From: Candidatus Krumholzibacteriota bacterium
GTDB taxonomy: Bacteria; Krumholzibacteriota; Krumholzibacteriia; JAJRXK01
Assembly: GCA_963727455.1 (NCBI GenBank)
Contig: CAVSGG010000005.1
Location: 448,001 to 512,000, forward strand
DNA: 64,000 bases
Reading direction: 5' to 3'
This document shows, piece after piece, positions 20,637 through 30,022 of the stretch; positions within the stretch are counted from its first letter, which is position 1, and the number at the start of each line of letters is the position of its first letter. Under the pieces are notes generated by a model. That model was not told where the DNA came from and ran no database searches. It saw nothing but the letters and a program-made list of their open reading frames with translations. Both the position numbers and the translations under genes were made by a program.

Positions 20637-21692
20637 GTGGAGTCAATCGAATTACGGGAGCTAGCGGAGCGGATCGGCGGCCGCCTGGAGGGCAGCAGCA
20701 ACCCGCTCATCTGCGGCGTCGCGGGGATCCGTGAGGCGCAAACGGGGGAGATCACCTTTCTCGCCCACGCGCGGTATCTCAACTACCTGGACGGTACCGC
20801 GGCTTCGGCTCTCATCTGCCGGCCCGATCTGAAGACGAGCCTGCCCACGATTCGCATGGACGACCCGCACTTGGGCTTCTTGCGCTCCATCGAGTTGTTC
20901 TGTGAACCCAAGCAAAACTACTTCGCCGAGGGAATCGATGCGAGCGCGCGAGTGCACGAGACCGCGACCCTCAAGAAGGGTGTGAGAGTCGGTCCCGGCG
21001 CGATCATCGGGGAAGGCTGTGTGGTGGGGGAGCACACTATCGTGGGATCGGGCGTGGTGGTCATGCCGAAGGTCAAGATCGGCAGCCGCTGCCTCCTCTA
21101 CCCGAACGTCGTGGTGCGTGAAGAGTGCCAAATAGGTGACAGGGTCATTTTGCACGCGGGAGCGATCATCGGAAGCGACGGCTTCGGATACGCCAAACAG
21201 GCCGGCTCTTACCATAAGGTGCCGCAGATTGGCAGGGTCATCATCGAGGACGACGTGGAGATCGGCGCCAACAGCTGCGTCGATCGCGCCACCGTGGGAC
21301 GTACTGTGATCGGAACCGGAACCAAGATCGACAACTTGGTGCAGATCGCGCACAACGTCACCATCGGCCGGCACACGGTGATCTCGGCGCAGACGGGAAT
21401 CTCCGGGTCCACCAGCGTCGGAAACGACGTGATGATGGCAGGTCAAGTGGGCGTGGTGGGTCACATCAGTATCGGAGACGATGTGCGTATCGGCGCTCAG
21501 AGCGGCATCTCCAAAGACATCCCCGAAGGAGAGCAGTGGTTCGGCTATCCGGCGCGCAATTCGCGCGAGGCCCGCAGACTTCTGGTTCATTACAATCGTC
21601 TGGAACGCTACGCGGAAGAGATCAGCGATTTGAAGCGCCGTATCCAAGAGCTGGAGAAGTCGAAGAGTGCTGCGTCAACAACGAACTCTTAA
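20637..21692 (+). CDS. lpxD: UDP-3-O-acylglucosamine N-acyltransferase
   Basis: GTG after GAGGAGG; hexapeptide repeats, IGSDGFGYA, KIDNLVQIAHNV. Confidence 0.95.
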   Translation: MESIELRELAERIGGRLEGSSNPLICGVAGIREAQTGEITFLAHARYLNYLDGTAASALICRPDLKTSLPTIRMDDPHLGFLRSIELFCEPKQNYFAEGIDASARVHETATLKKGVRVGPGAIIGEGCVVGEHTIVGSGVVVMPKVKIGSRCLLYPNVVVREECQIGDRVILHAGAIIGSDGFGYAKQAGSYHKVPQIGRVIIEDDVEIGANSCVDRATVGRTVIGTGTKIDNLVQIAHNVTIGRHTVISAQTGISGSTSVGNDVMMAGQVGVVGHISIGDDVRIGAQSGISKDIPEGEQWFGYPARNSREARRLLVHYNRLERYAEEISDLKRRIQELEKSKSAASTTNS

Positions 21693-22980
21693 GGCACCGG
21701 TAGAATTTGACGGAATCGGGCTTCACACCGGCGAAAAGGCGCGCGTCCGATTCGTTCCCGCCGAGCCCAATCACGGACTACAGTTCAGAGTGCGCAGGGG
21801 AGAAGATTGGGTGGTCATTCCCGCGAATGTGGATTCCATCCAGGACGATCAGCCTTTCCAGCGCAATACCACACTGCGCGGCGGTGGAGTAGAGATTCAC
21901 ACTGTCGAGCACGTGCTGGCCTCCCTCTATGGACTTCGGATCGACAACGCGTGGATCGAACTGGATGCTTCCGAGCCACCGGAGCCGGAGGAAGGATCCT
22001 GTCGCGCCTTCGTGGACAAGTTGCTCGAAGTTGGCATCGTCGAGCAGGGCGTTCCGGTCGTCTATTACGAGGTGAAGCGGCCGGTCCAATGGAGTCAGGG
22101 ACAGATCGGAATTACCGCCATCCCCTACGATGGTTTCCGGCTCAGCTTCACCATTCAATACGACAACTCGGTGATCGGAACTCAGTATGGCAGCTATGCC
22201 ATCACACCCGAATCCTTCGCCAAGGAAATCGCGCCCAGCCGGACCTTTGCTCTCAAGCGGGAAATCGACCACCTGCAGGCGATGGGACTCATCAAGGGGG
22301 GAACCTATCGCAATGCGCTGGTGGTAGACGAAGACCGAGTCCTGAACGACGAAGGATTGCGTTTCCCCGACGAGTTCGTCCGGCACAAGATCCTGGACCT
22401 GTTGGGGGACTTGGCGCTCCTGGGCATGCCGATCAAGGGTCACGTCATCAGCCTGAAGAGCGGTCACGAGACGAACGTGCGCTTCGTGCGGCGTCTTGCT
22501 TCCTTGGAAAAGCGTCGGATGGGCATTTATCCGGCGAAGAAACCGACCTACTGGGACATCAGCGCTCTCATGGAGTTCTTGCCCCATCGCTATCCGTTCC
22601 TGCTCATCGATCGAGTACTCGAAGTGGAACCGGGGAAGCGCGCGAGAGGCCTCAAGAACGTCACGATCAACGAGCCCTTCTTTCGGGGCCATTTCCCGGG
22701 GCATCCGATCATGCCCGGAGTATTGATCGTGGAGTCCATGGCGCAATTGGGCGGTGTGTTGCTGCTCAGCATGATCGAGCAACCGGAGACCAAACTCGTA
22801 TATTTTTCTTCAATCGACAAAGCCCGTTTCCGCAAACCGGTTTTGCCCGGTGATCAGTTGATCATCGATCTCACGCTGGTTCGTTTTCGGCGGAACACTT
22901 GCAAGATGGCCGCCTTCGCAACCGTGGACGGCGAACGCGTGGCCGAGGCGGAGATGTTAGCGGCAATCGTGAACCGTTAG
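21667..22980 (+). CDS. lpxC: Bifunctional LpxC deacetylase / FabZ dehydratase
   Basis: GIGLHTG, TVEHVL, RHKILDLLGDL (LpxC) fused to LPHRYPFLLIDR, GHFPGHPIMPGVLIVESMAQ (FabZ). Confidence 0.95.
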   Translation: MLRQQRTLKAPVEFDGIGLHTGEKARVRFVPAEPNHGLQFRVRRGEDWVVIPANVDSIQDDQPFQRNTTLRGGGVEIHTVEHVLASLYGLRIDNAWIELDASEPPEPEEGSCRAFVDKLLEVGIVEQGVPVVYYEVKRPVQWSQGQIGITAIPYDGFRLSFTIQYDNSVIGTQYGSYAITPESFAKEIAPSRTFALKREIDHLQAMGLIKGGTYRNALVVDEDRVLNDEGLRFPDEFVRHKILDLLGDLALLGMPIKGHVISLKSGHETNVRFVRRLASLEKRRMGIYPAKKPTYWDISALMEFLPHRYPFLLIDRVLEVEPGKRARGLKNVTINEPFFRGHFPGHPIMPGVLIVESMAQLGGVLLLSMIEQPETKLVYFSSIDKARFRKPVLPGDQLIIDLTLVRFRRNTCKMAAFATVDGERVAEAEMLAAIVNR

Positions 22981-22990
22981 AGGATCAGTG

Positions 22991-23788
22991 ATGAGCACCG
23001 ACAAGTCGCAAGATTTGGGACCTCTCATTCATCCCACTGCCATCATCGACAGCAGGGCTGAACTCGCCTCGGACGTGCGCGTCGGTCCCTACTCCATCAT
23101 CGGTCCCTACGTTCGCGTCGATGAGGGAACCGAGATCAGGGGTCACGTCGTTCTCGAGGGCAAGCTGCACGTCGGAAAACGAAACCGCATTTATACCGGA
23201 GCGGTGTTGGGTACGCCACCTCAGGACTTGAAATACCGGGGAGAGGTTTGCTCCGCTGAAATTGGCGATGACACGACCATCCGGGAATACGCCAGTCTGA
23301 ACGTCGCAACGACGCCCGAGGGCATTACCAGAGTGGGCGATCACTGTCTGCTCATGACCTACTCGCACGTGGCCCACAACTGTTCCATCGGCAATAACGT
23401 CATCATTGCCAACGCCACTCAGCTCGGAGGCCACGTTCACATTGCGGATTGGGCCATCGTGGGTGGAGTCGTGGGGGTTCATCAGTTCTCGGTCGTCGGC
23501 GCTCACGCTTTCGTGGGCGGAGCGAGCCGCCTGGTGGTCGATGTTCCACCCTTCGTCCGTGCCGCGGGAAGTCCGCTCAAAGCGGGAGGAATCAACTCCA
23601 TGGGGCTGCGCCGGCGCGGATTCAGCGATGCGCGCATTGCGGCCGTGAAGGAAGCCTACCGATCGCTGTACCGCCGCGGCCTCACGATCCAGGAGGCCAA
23701 GAAGAAGATCCAGGAATGTGGGGATGATCTCATCGCCGAGGCATTCGAGGACTTCTTCGCGCGGAGCCACCGCGGTATCTGCCGCTGA
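22991..23788 (+). CDS. lpxA: UDP-N-acetylglucosamine acyltransferase
   Basis: IHPTAII, PQDLKY, HVAHNC, VHQF, GINSMGLRRRGF. Confidence 0.95.
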   Translation: MSTDKSQDLGPLIHPTAIIDSRAELASDVRVGPYSIIGPYVRVDEGTEIRGHVVLEGKLHVGKRNRIYTGAVLGTPPQDLKYRGEVCSAEIGDDTTIREYASLNVATTPEGITRVGDHCLLMTYSHVAHNCSIGNNVIIANATQLGGHVHIADWAIVGGVVGVHQFSVVGAHAFVGGASRLVVDVPPFVRAAGSPLKAGGINSMGLRRRGFSDARIAAVKEAYRSLYRRGLTIQEAKKKIQECGDDLIAEAFEDFFARSHRGICR

Positions 23789-23799
23789 GTGTTCCCGCC

Positions 23800-24945
23800 A
23801 TGACCGCGAAGGCAGACAGCGTTCTCATCTCTTGTGGGGAACCGAGCGGCGAGAACTACGCGAGTGATTTGGCGCGCCAGCTGAAAATCGAGAGACCCGA
23901 ATTGTGGCTGGTGGGTGTGGGCGGCTCTCGCCTCCAGGAGCAAGTCGGAGAGATCTGGGCCGGGCTGGAGGAGCTCTCGGTCATGGGCTTCGCCGAAGTC
24001 ATTCGCCATCTCCCGCGTTTGCGCCGCTTGAGGGAAAAGATCGCCGAGCGCGCCCGTGAAGAGGGTATCAAACTTCTGGTTGCGGTCGACTATCCCGGAT
24101 TTCATCTCAGCCTGGCTGGCGCGATGAAGAAGCGCGGCATCAAGACTCTCCACTACATTCCGCCCAAGACCTGGTCCTGGGGTGCGTGGCGCAACCGCGC
24201 GCTCCGGGCGAGCGTTCATCGCTGCGCCGTCATCTTTCCCTTCGAGGAGGGCTACTACCGCCAGCGTGGAATCGACGCCACTTTCGTGGGGCATCCTCTT
24301 CTCGATCAACACGCTGCCGTGCTGCACAGAGGCAAGACACGGCGTGAGGGACTTCTCCTCGTTCCGGGCAGTCGGCCACAGGAAATTCGTCGTATCGGTC
24401 CCAGCATGGCCGAGGCCGCACGACGTTTGCGCGCCGAGGGGGCAGTGGATCGGGTTCGCGTGAGCCGCGCGCCCGGTCTTCCTGTTGAACTCCTGGCCGA
24501 AATGGCGCAGCTCTGTCCCTCATTGGAGATCGTCGAGGGCCCCCTGATCGAGCACCTGATTTCGGCGGAAGTCGCGATCGTTTGCAGCGGTACCGCCAGC
24601 GTGGAAACCGCCCTTTCCAGGACCCCGCATGCTATCGTCTATCGCACTTCCAGACTGACCTACGCGGTGGCGCGGCAACTGGCTACGGTGGAGGCCATCG
24701 GAATGTCCAATATCGTTCTGGGAAGGACCGCGTTCCCCGAGTTCTTGCAGAAAGAGCTGCATCCGGAGAGCCTGGTAGCTGCGATGCGAAAGCTCCTCGA
24801 TCCGCACTCCGCGGAGCGCTTGCGGCAGGAGCGCGCCTTCGATGAGCTCTTCCGGTGCCTGGGGAAGGGCGAGGGTGCGGCGCGAAATGTCGCGCGAATG
24901 GCCCTGCAGATGCTCGACGAGGAGCCCAGCGAAACCGTATATTGA
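23800..24945 (+). CDS. lpxB: Lipid-A-disaccharide synthase
   Basis: GEPSG, LSVMGFAEV, VDYPGFH, FVGHPL, PGSR, SGTA. Confidence 0.93.
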   Translation: MTAKADSVLISCGEPSGENYASDLARQLKIERPELWLVGVGGSRLQEQVGEIWAGLEELSVMGFAEVIRHLPRLRRLREKIAERAREEGIKLLVAVDYPGFHLSLAGAMKKRGIKTLHYIPPKTWSWGAWRNRALRASVHRCAVIFPFEEGYYRQRGIDATFVGHPLLDQHAAVLHRGKTRREGLLLVPGSRPQEIRRIGPSMAEAARRLRAEGAVDRVRVSRAPGLPVELLAEMAQLCPSLEIVEGPLIEHLISAEVAIVCSGTASVETALSRTPHAIVYRTSRLTYAVARQLATVEAIGMSNIVLGRTAFPEFLQKELHPESLVAAMRKLLDPHSAERLRQERAFDELFRCLGKGEGAARNVARMALQMLDEEPSETVY

Positions 24946-25643
24946 GTGCTACCGTGGATGACCTGTCGAAACCCGCTTTTGATCCGCGCATTTCCCCCCT
25001 GCGTGTGGTCTATGCTCTTCTGCGCAAGAGCGTGCGGATTCGTATGGAGGGGCAGATCGAGCTACTCGAGCGAGCCCGGAAGGGCGAAGCCATGATCTTC
25101 GCCTCGCGGCACGGGCAACTTCTTCCGCTGCTCTTCGCGGTGGAGCGCTATGGCTTGAGCATCGTGATCAGCAGGAGCCGCGATGGCGAGCTTTTGGCGG
25201 CTTTGCTGCGTCCCTATGGCTTCCACTTCGTGAGGGGCAGCACCTCCTTGGGCGGTCGTGTTGCCGCTCTGGCGGCTCTGCGAACTCTGGCGCGGGGCGA
25301 GAGCCTGGGTCTAGCAGTGGACGGACCTCACGGACCGCGCGGAATCGTCCAGGAGGGGGTTCTGCGCCTAGCGCGGCGCGCGGCAGTGCCCATCGTGCCT
25401 CTGGTGGCCACGGGAGGATCCAAAGTCGTGCTGCGCAAGTCCTGGGATCATTTCGAACTCCCCCTACCAGTGAGCCGGGTGCGGGTGCAGGTCAAGAGCC
25501 CCGTATTGGTCGGCGAGGGAGCGCAGGGTCTGGATGCAGCCGGGCGATCCCTGGCGCGGCAGCTCGAAGGAAACTGGCGGGATGAACTGCTGCTTCAACC
25601 ACAACCTCCCGCTCATTCCACTTATGGACATACTGGATCATAG
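24942..25643 (+). CDS. DUF374 family acyltransferase (LpxJ-like lipid A secondary acyltransferase candidate)
   Basis: ISRSRDGE, VRGSTS, AVDGPHGP, SWDHFELPLP; lies between lpxB and lpxK; start uncertain. Confidence 0.75.
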   Translation: MSATVDDLSKPAFDPRISPLRVVYALLRKSVRIRMEGQIELLERARKGEAMIFASRHGQLLPLLFAVERYGLSIVISRSRDGELLAALLRPYGFHFVRGSTSLGGRVAALAALRTLARGESLGLAVDGPHGPRGIVQEGVLRLARRAAVPIVPLVATGGSKVVLRKSWDHFELPLPVSRVRVQVKSPVLVGEGAQGLDAAGRSLARQLEGNWRDELLLQPQPPAHSTYGHTGS

Positions 25644-26694
25644 AGGCTGGCCAGAGAGATTGCTGTCCGCGCTGGACGAGCGCGACAGCCCCTGGTCACT
25701 CTTTCTGGAGCCTCCCTCTTGGATTTACCGCGGGGTCAGCTGGGCCGATCGAGCCCTGCGGACGCGATCCCCGCTTTCTGAACCCCCTCTCAGTGTGGGG
25801 ATCGGTAATCTGCGAGTGGGAGGAACCGGAAAGACCCCTCTTGTCTCCTGGTTGTGCCAGAAGCTCCACGAGCGCGGTCTGCGCTGTGCGATCCTGAGCC
25901 GCGGTTATCGTTCCGCGGGAGGGGGAGACGAGCCGGAGTGGTTGCGAAAGGAGACCGGGGCCCTCGTCGTCCTCGACTCCGATCGCCGCAGGGCCCACGC
26001 GCAGGCAGCGCGTGAAGGGGCGCAGATCGTCATTCTGGACGATTCCCTGCAGTCACGGGTTTGCGCTTCGCTACAGGTCGCCGTTCTTCTGGCCGCCGAC
26101 CTCATGAGTCCGCCGCGAGTTCTTCCCGCGGGCGCTGCACGCGAGCCGATGAGTGGTCTCAGGCGCTGCCAGATGATCATGGTGCGCCGGGAGAACGGTG
26201 ACCCTGTGAGAGAACGCCTGGTGGAGGTGGCGCAGCAATACTGCCCACGGGTCTACGTCTTTCGCCTCGCTCCGGAGAAACTTCTCGGTCCTGAAGGGGA
26301 GCAGGCGCCGTTGAGCGCCCTCGAACCCATGGGCCCCTGTGTGTTGCTCAGCGGTTTGGCGCGTCCGGAGTCCTTCGAGGAAGATGCTAAGAGGGTTGGG
26401 GCGCAGGCCGTCGTTGCCCTGCGCTACTCCGACCATGCCTCTTTCGATTCAGGACGGGCGGAAGAGATCGAAAAAATGGCACGCCAACGGCAGGCCCGCT
26501 TTCTCCTCTGTCCGGAAAAGAACTTCGCGCGCCTGGTCGCTCTTGGGCTCGGCCTTCCGCTTTGGGCCCTGTGCTCTCGCGTGAAGTGGGAGGGCGAGGA
26601 TCCTCTGCCCGAGCTCTTGCGAGCCATCCAGGAGAGAGTTGGCGGCGAGAGCCAATCGTCCGGAGCTTCCGGCGAGAGTGCCTCGGGCTCGTAG
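25624..26694 (+). CDS. lpxK: Tetraacyldisaccharide 4'-kinase
   Basis: IGNLRVGGTGKTP, LSRGY, GDEP, ILDD, LPAGAAREP. Confidence 0.9.
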   Translation: MDILDHRGWPERLLSALDERDSPWSLFLEPPSWIYRGVSWADRALRTRSPLSEPPLSVGIGNLRVGGTGKTPLVSWLCQKLHERGLRCAILSRGYRSAGGGDEPEWLRKETGALVVLDSDRRRAHAQAAREGAQIVILDDSLQSRVCASLQVAVLLAADLMSPPRVLPAGAAREPMSGLRRCQMIMVRRENGDPVRERLVEVAQQYCPRVYVFRLAPEKLLGPEGEQAPLSALEPMGPCVLLSGLARPESFEEDAKRVGAQAVVALRYSDHASFDSGRAEEIEKMARQRQARFLLCPEKNFARLVALGLGLPLWALCSRVKWEGEDPLPELLRAIQERVGGESQSSGASGESASGS

Positions 26695-26698
26695 AAGC

Positions 26699-27286
26699 TC
26701 ACTTCGAGGCAGCCACTCCGGCAAATTGAACCGGGATCGTCACGCCGAAACTGTATGGGGTATCGCTGGCGGCGGTATCGTGTCCGGTGAAGGTGAGAAT
26801 CGCATTCGCCAGAAGGACATCCTCGGTGTTGACCAGGTCCTGGAGGAAAGGCTGCGATTTCATTTCGTCGGTGACCAATACGATGCTGAGGTTCACCTGG
26901 GTCCCGCGCCTCACGATTTCATTCAGCTCGTAGCTCCGATCGTAGGCCAGCAGTGGATCCGCAGCAGCATCCGGTCCCAGGGGTTGCCACTGGATATTCA
27001 CGCGGTCGATGATGAACGCACCGAAGGGCTCGGACTCGGTCGCGCTCAGCGAACCTTCGTTGGCACGGTTGGCCACCGTGACCGTCACACTACTGGCGGA
27101 AATGAAATCATCAGCCGTGTTGATCGTCCGGTCCGCGCCCAGATCTCTCTGGTAGACGATGACGGGGGCGCCGGCGTCGACGGAAACGACTTCCATCACG
27201 CTGCGATTGAAGCCGTCGTGGGAGCAGCCCGCGAACAGCAGGGCCGCAGGGCCCATGAGCAGGAAAATGGAAAGCCTCGAGCGCAC
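26699..27286 (-). CDS. Hypothetical beta-rich lipoprotein
   Basis: GTG 27286 after GAAGGGGG; lipobox FAGC; Ig-like composition. Confidence 0.7.
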   Translation of the reverse strand: MRSRLSIFLLMGPAALLFAGCSHDGFNRSVMEVVSVDAGAPVIVYQRDLGADRTINTADDFISASSVTVTVANRANEGSLSATESEPFGAFIIDRVNIQWQPLGPDAAADPLLAYDRSYELNEIVRRGTQVNLSIVLVTDEMKSQPFLQDLVNTEDVLLANAILTFTGHDTAASDTPYSFGVTIPVQFAGVAASK

Positions 27287-27374
27287 GAAAAGCCCCCTTC
27301 GCACTGCGTGCCGCCACGCTCGGCAACTCCGTGCGTACCCAGCAAGCGGCCGGCCTGGAACAGCTAGGGATTTC

Positions 27375-27389
27375 GCAAGCGACATGCCA
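27375..27389 (-). promoter_or_regulatory. Sigma54 -24/-12 promoter
   Basis: Minus strand TGGCAT-GTCGC-TTGC matches TGGCAY-N5-TTGC, about 90 bp upstream of the lipoprotein start. Confidence 0.65.
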
Positions 27390-27404
27390 TGACGACGAGC
27401 TTTA

Positions 27405-27417
27405 TAAGTCATTAATT
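27405..27417 (-). promoter_or_regulatory. IHF-like binding site
   Basis: Minus strand AATTAATGACTTA, one mismatch to WATCAANNNNTTR, in an AT-rich island just upstream of the sigma54 site. Confidence 0.45.
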
Positions 27418-27594
27418 AACAGTTAGCTATGCCATAGAAGAAATGTAATACTCGAGGTGGATGCCGCAGCTTGCGCGCAGAGAGACCTCGAGCGGCTGCA
27501 AGCTGCACTCTCGGAGAGAGAGACGAGGACTTCCGTTTCGCCATTGAGTCCCCTTTGGCCTACCCTATGGGCGCTAGCGGTGAAAGGACCCTGC

Positions 27595-29226
27595 ATGCGA
27601 TCGTTCTCGTCTTCCGTGGACGTCTTGGTCATCGGCAGCGGGCTGGCTGGCTTGCGCGCCGCCCTTAGTTTGGCGAAGACTGCCCGAGTGCGTCTGGTGA
27701 CCAAGGCCCGCGATCACCACAGCAATACCAACCGTGCCCAGGGTGGAATCGCGGCGGTGCTGGGCTCGGACGACAATTTCGAATTCCACGTACAGGACAC
27801 GCTGAATGCCGGGGCCGGTCTGTGTCACGAGACCCGGGTCCGCGCGATGGTGGAAAGCGCCCCTCGGCTCATCGAAGGTCTGCTTGCGGTCGGCATGGAC
27901 TTCGACCGCGAGGTGGACGGCAGCTACGAGATGGGCCGAGAGGGTGGGCACAGCCGACGTCGAGTGGTGCACTCCGGCGACTTCACGGGTCGTGCGGTGG
28001 AGCATTCGATGCTGGCGGCAGTGCGCGCGCATCCCTCGGTTCAGGTCTTGGAGGATCACTTTGCCATCGATTTGCTCAAGGACGAGAGTGGTGGGGTGGT
28101 AGGGGCACTCGTCCTGAACGAACGCAGTGGGGAGGCGCGAGCAAACCTCGCCCGCTATACCGTGGTAGCCACGGGGGGCTCGGGGAAAGTATACCGCTAC
28201 ACCACCAACCCGGACATCGCCACCGGCGACGGTGTCGCCATGGCGTGGCGCGCGGGCGCGACCGTGGGAAACCTGGAGTTCGAGCAATTCCATCCCACCT
28301 GTCTGTATCACCCCTTGGCGAAGAGTTTTCTCATCAGCGAGGCAGTGCGCGGAGAGGGAGCGGTACTCAGAACTCTGGATGGCGAGGCCTTCATGCCCCG
28401 CTATCATGAGCTGGCGGATCTGGCCCCGCGGGACATCGTGGCGCGCGCCATCGACAACGAGATGAAGGTGCGCGGAGACAATCACGTTCTGCTCGATGCC
28501 ACGGTCATTCCCACCGAGTTGGCTTCCCGCAGATTCCCCAACATTCGGGCCCGCTGCATGGAGTACGGGATCGACCTGACCCGCGATATGATCCCGGTGG
28601 TTCCCGCCGCCCATTACGCCTGTGGAGGAGTAGTGACGGACGATCGGGGCGCGAGCAATCTCGAAGGTCTGTTCGTGGTGGGAGAAGCGGCTCTGACCGG
28701 CATCCACGGCGCCAATCGCTTGGCCTCCAACAGCCTGCTCGAGGCGCTCTACTACGGCGAGAGGGCCGCGGAGGAAATCTCTCTGCGTTTGGCGGACGAG
28801 TCGCGCGAGATCAAGTCTGCGATTATCCCCGATCTGGGTAGCGGGGCCAAGGAGCCCACGCCCTTGCAGCACGATTGGGAAACCGCGCGCAAGACGATGT
28901 GGAATTACGTGGGCATCCAGCGGGACCTGGTTCGTCTGGAAGTCGCGCAGCGCCGGATGAACGAGATGGCGGCCGACGCGGAGCGTTCGTACCGGGCGCA
29001 ACGGCCGAGCATCGATCTCCTCGAACTGCGTAACGTCACGCTTCTGGGAAGTCTCGTGGTACGCTGTGCGAGCTTTCGCAAGGAGAGCCGCGGTCTCCAC
29101 GCACTGGCCCAGTTCCCGGAACGGAACGATGCGCAATTCTCGGGCGACACACATCTTCGAAGTGGCGAAGAGGCCCATCTTTGCCCCTTGAGAGAGAAGG
29201 ACGATGCGACTCGCAACCGCATTTGA
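27595..29226 (+). CDS. nadB: L-aspartate oxidase
   Basis: IGSGLAGL, AQGGIAA, REGGHSRRRVVH, QFHPT, LISEAVRGEG, HGANRLASNSLLE. Confidence 0.95.
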   Translation: MRSFSSSVDVLVIGSGLAGLRAALSLAKTARVRLVTKARDHHSNTNRAQGGIAAVLGSDDNFEFHVQDTLNAGAGLCHETRVRAMVESAPRLIEGLLAVGMDFDREVDGSYEMGREGGHSRRRVVHSGDFTGRAVEHSMLAAVRAHPSVQVLEDHFAIDLLKDESGGVVGALVLNERSGEARANLARYTVVATGGSGKVYRYTTNPDIATGDGVAMAWRAGATVGNLEFEQFHPTCLYHPLAKSFLISEAVRGEGAVLRTLDGEAFMPRYHELADLAPRDIVARAIDNEMKVRGDNHVLLDATVIPTELASRRFPNIRARCMEYGIDLTRDMIPVVPAAHYACGGVVTDDRGASNLEGLFVVGEAALTGIHGANRLASNSLLEALYYGERAAEEISLRLADESREIKSAIIPDLGSGAKEPTPLQHDWETARKTMWNYVGIQRDLVRLEVAQRRMNEMAADAERSYRAQRPSIDLLELRNVTLLGSLVVRCASFRKESRGLHALAQFPERNDAQFSGDTHLRSGEEAHLCPLREKDDATRNRI

Positions 29227-30022
29227 CGGCAGCTTCTATCCGGCCGAAGCGGACGCCTTGGCTGAGGTGGTGGACCACTTTCTCGACCATGCTCCCAAGA
29301 GGGTGAACGGGAAGATTCTCGGAGCGATGGTTCCTCATGCCGGCTACATCTACTCGGGAATGACGGCAGGAATGGCTTTCGGGACTTTTCGTGGTCTCGA
29401 GCCAGACGCCGTGGTTGTCCTCGGGCCGAGCCATCGCGTACGGGTGCGGGGAGTCCGGTTGTTGCGGGCCGAAGGATACGAGAGCCCCTTGGGTACTCTT
29501 CCCACCAGCCGCCAGTTGATGGACGAACTCCTGCAGGCTCTGGGTTCCGGCGCGGACGGTCCCGTATTTTGCGAGCACTCGGTGGAGGTGCAGCTCCCCT
29601 TCCTCGCCCGCGCGCTGCCCGATGTTCCGGTGATCGAGCTCGTGTTCGGACCCGCTGAGGAAAAGACGGTGGAGCGGGTGGTGAAGGCACTGGTCTCGCT
29701 GCGACGCGAGCATGAGATCTTGGTGGTCGCGAGCAGTGATCTCTCCCATTACTACGATCACCAGCGCGCGCAAGTCCTGGACGGACGATTTCGAGAACTA
29801 CTGTTGAAGAGCGACAGCACGCGCCTCGCCGAGGCCATCAGGATGGGGGAGACCGAAGCATGTGGCGCTGGGCCCGTGCTTGCGCTCATGGGGTACACCG
29901 AAGCTCTGGGGGGGCGCTTCGAAGCGATTCACCAGTGCGATAGCAGCCTGACCAGCGGCGACGAATCTCAGGTCGTGGGATATTTCTCGGCGCTCGCCAT
30001 CCTTTCCGGGGAGACCGGATGA
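29204..30022 (+). CDS. amrB: AmmeMemoRadiSam system protein B (MEMO1 family)
   Basis: GSFYP, PHAGYIYSG, GPSH, EHSVEVQLPFL, ASSDLSHY, ACG, VVGY. Confidence 0.88.
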   Translation: MRLATAFDGSFYPAEADALAEVVDHFLDHAPKRVNGKILGAMVPHAGYIYSGMTAGMAFGTFRGLEPDAVVVLGPSHRVRVRGVRLLRAEGYESPLGTLPTSRQLMDELLQALGSGADGPVFCEHSVEVQLPFLARALPDVPVIELVFGPAEEKTVERVVKALVSLRREHEILVVASSDLSHYYDHQRAQVLDGRFRELLLKSDSTRLAEAIRMGETEACGAGPVLALMGYTEALGGRFEAIHQCDSSLTSGDESQVVGYFSALAILSGETG

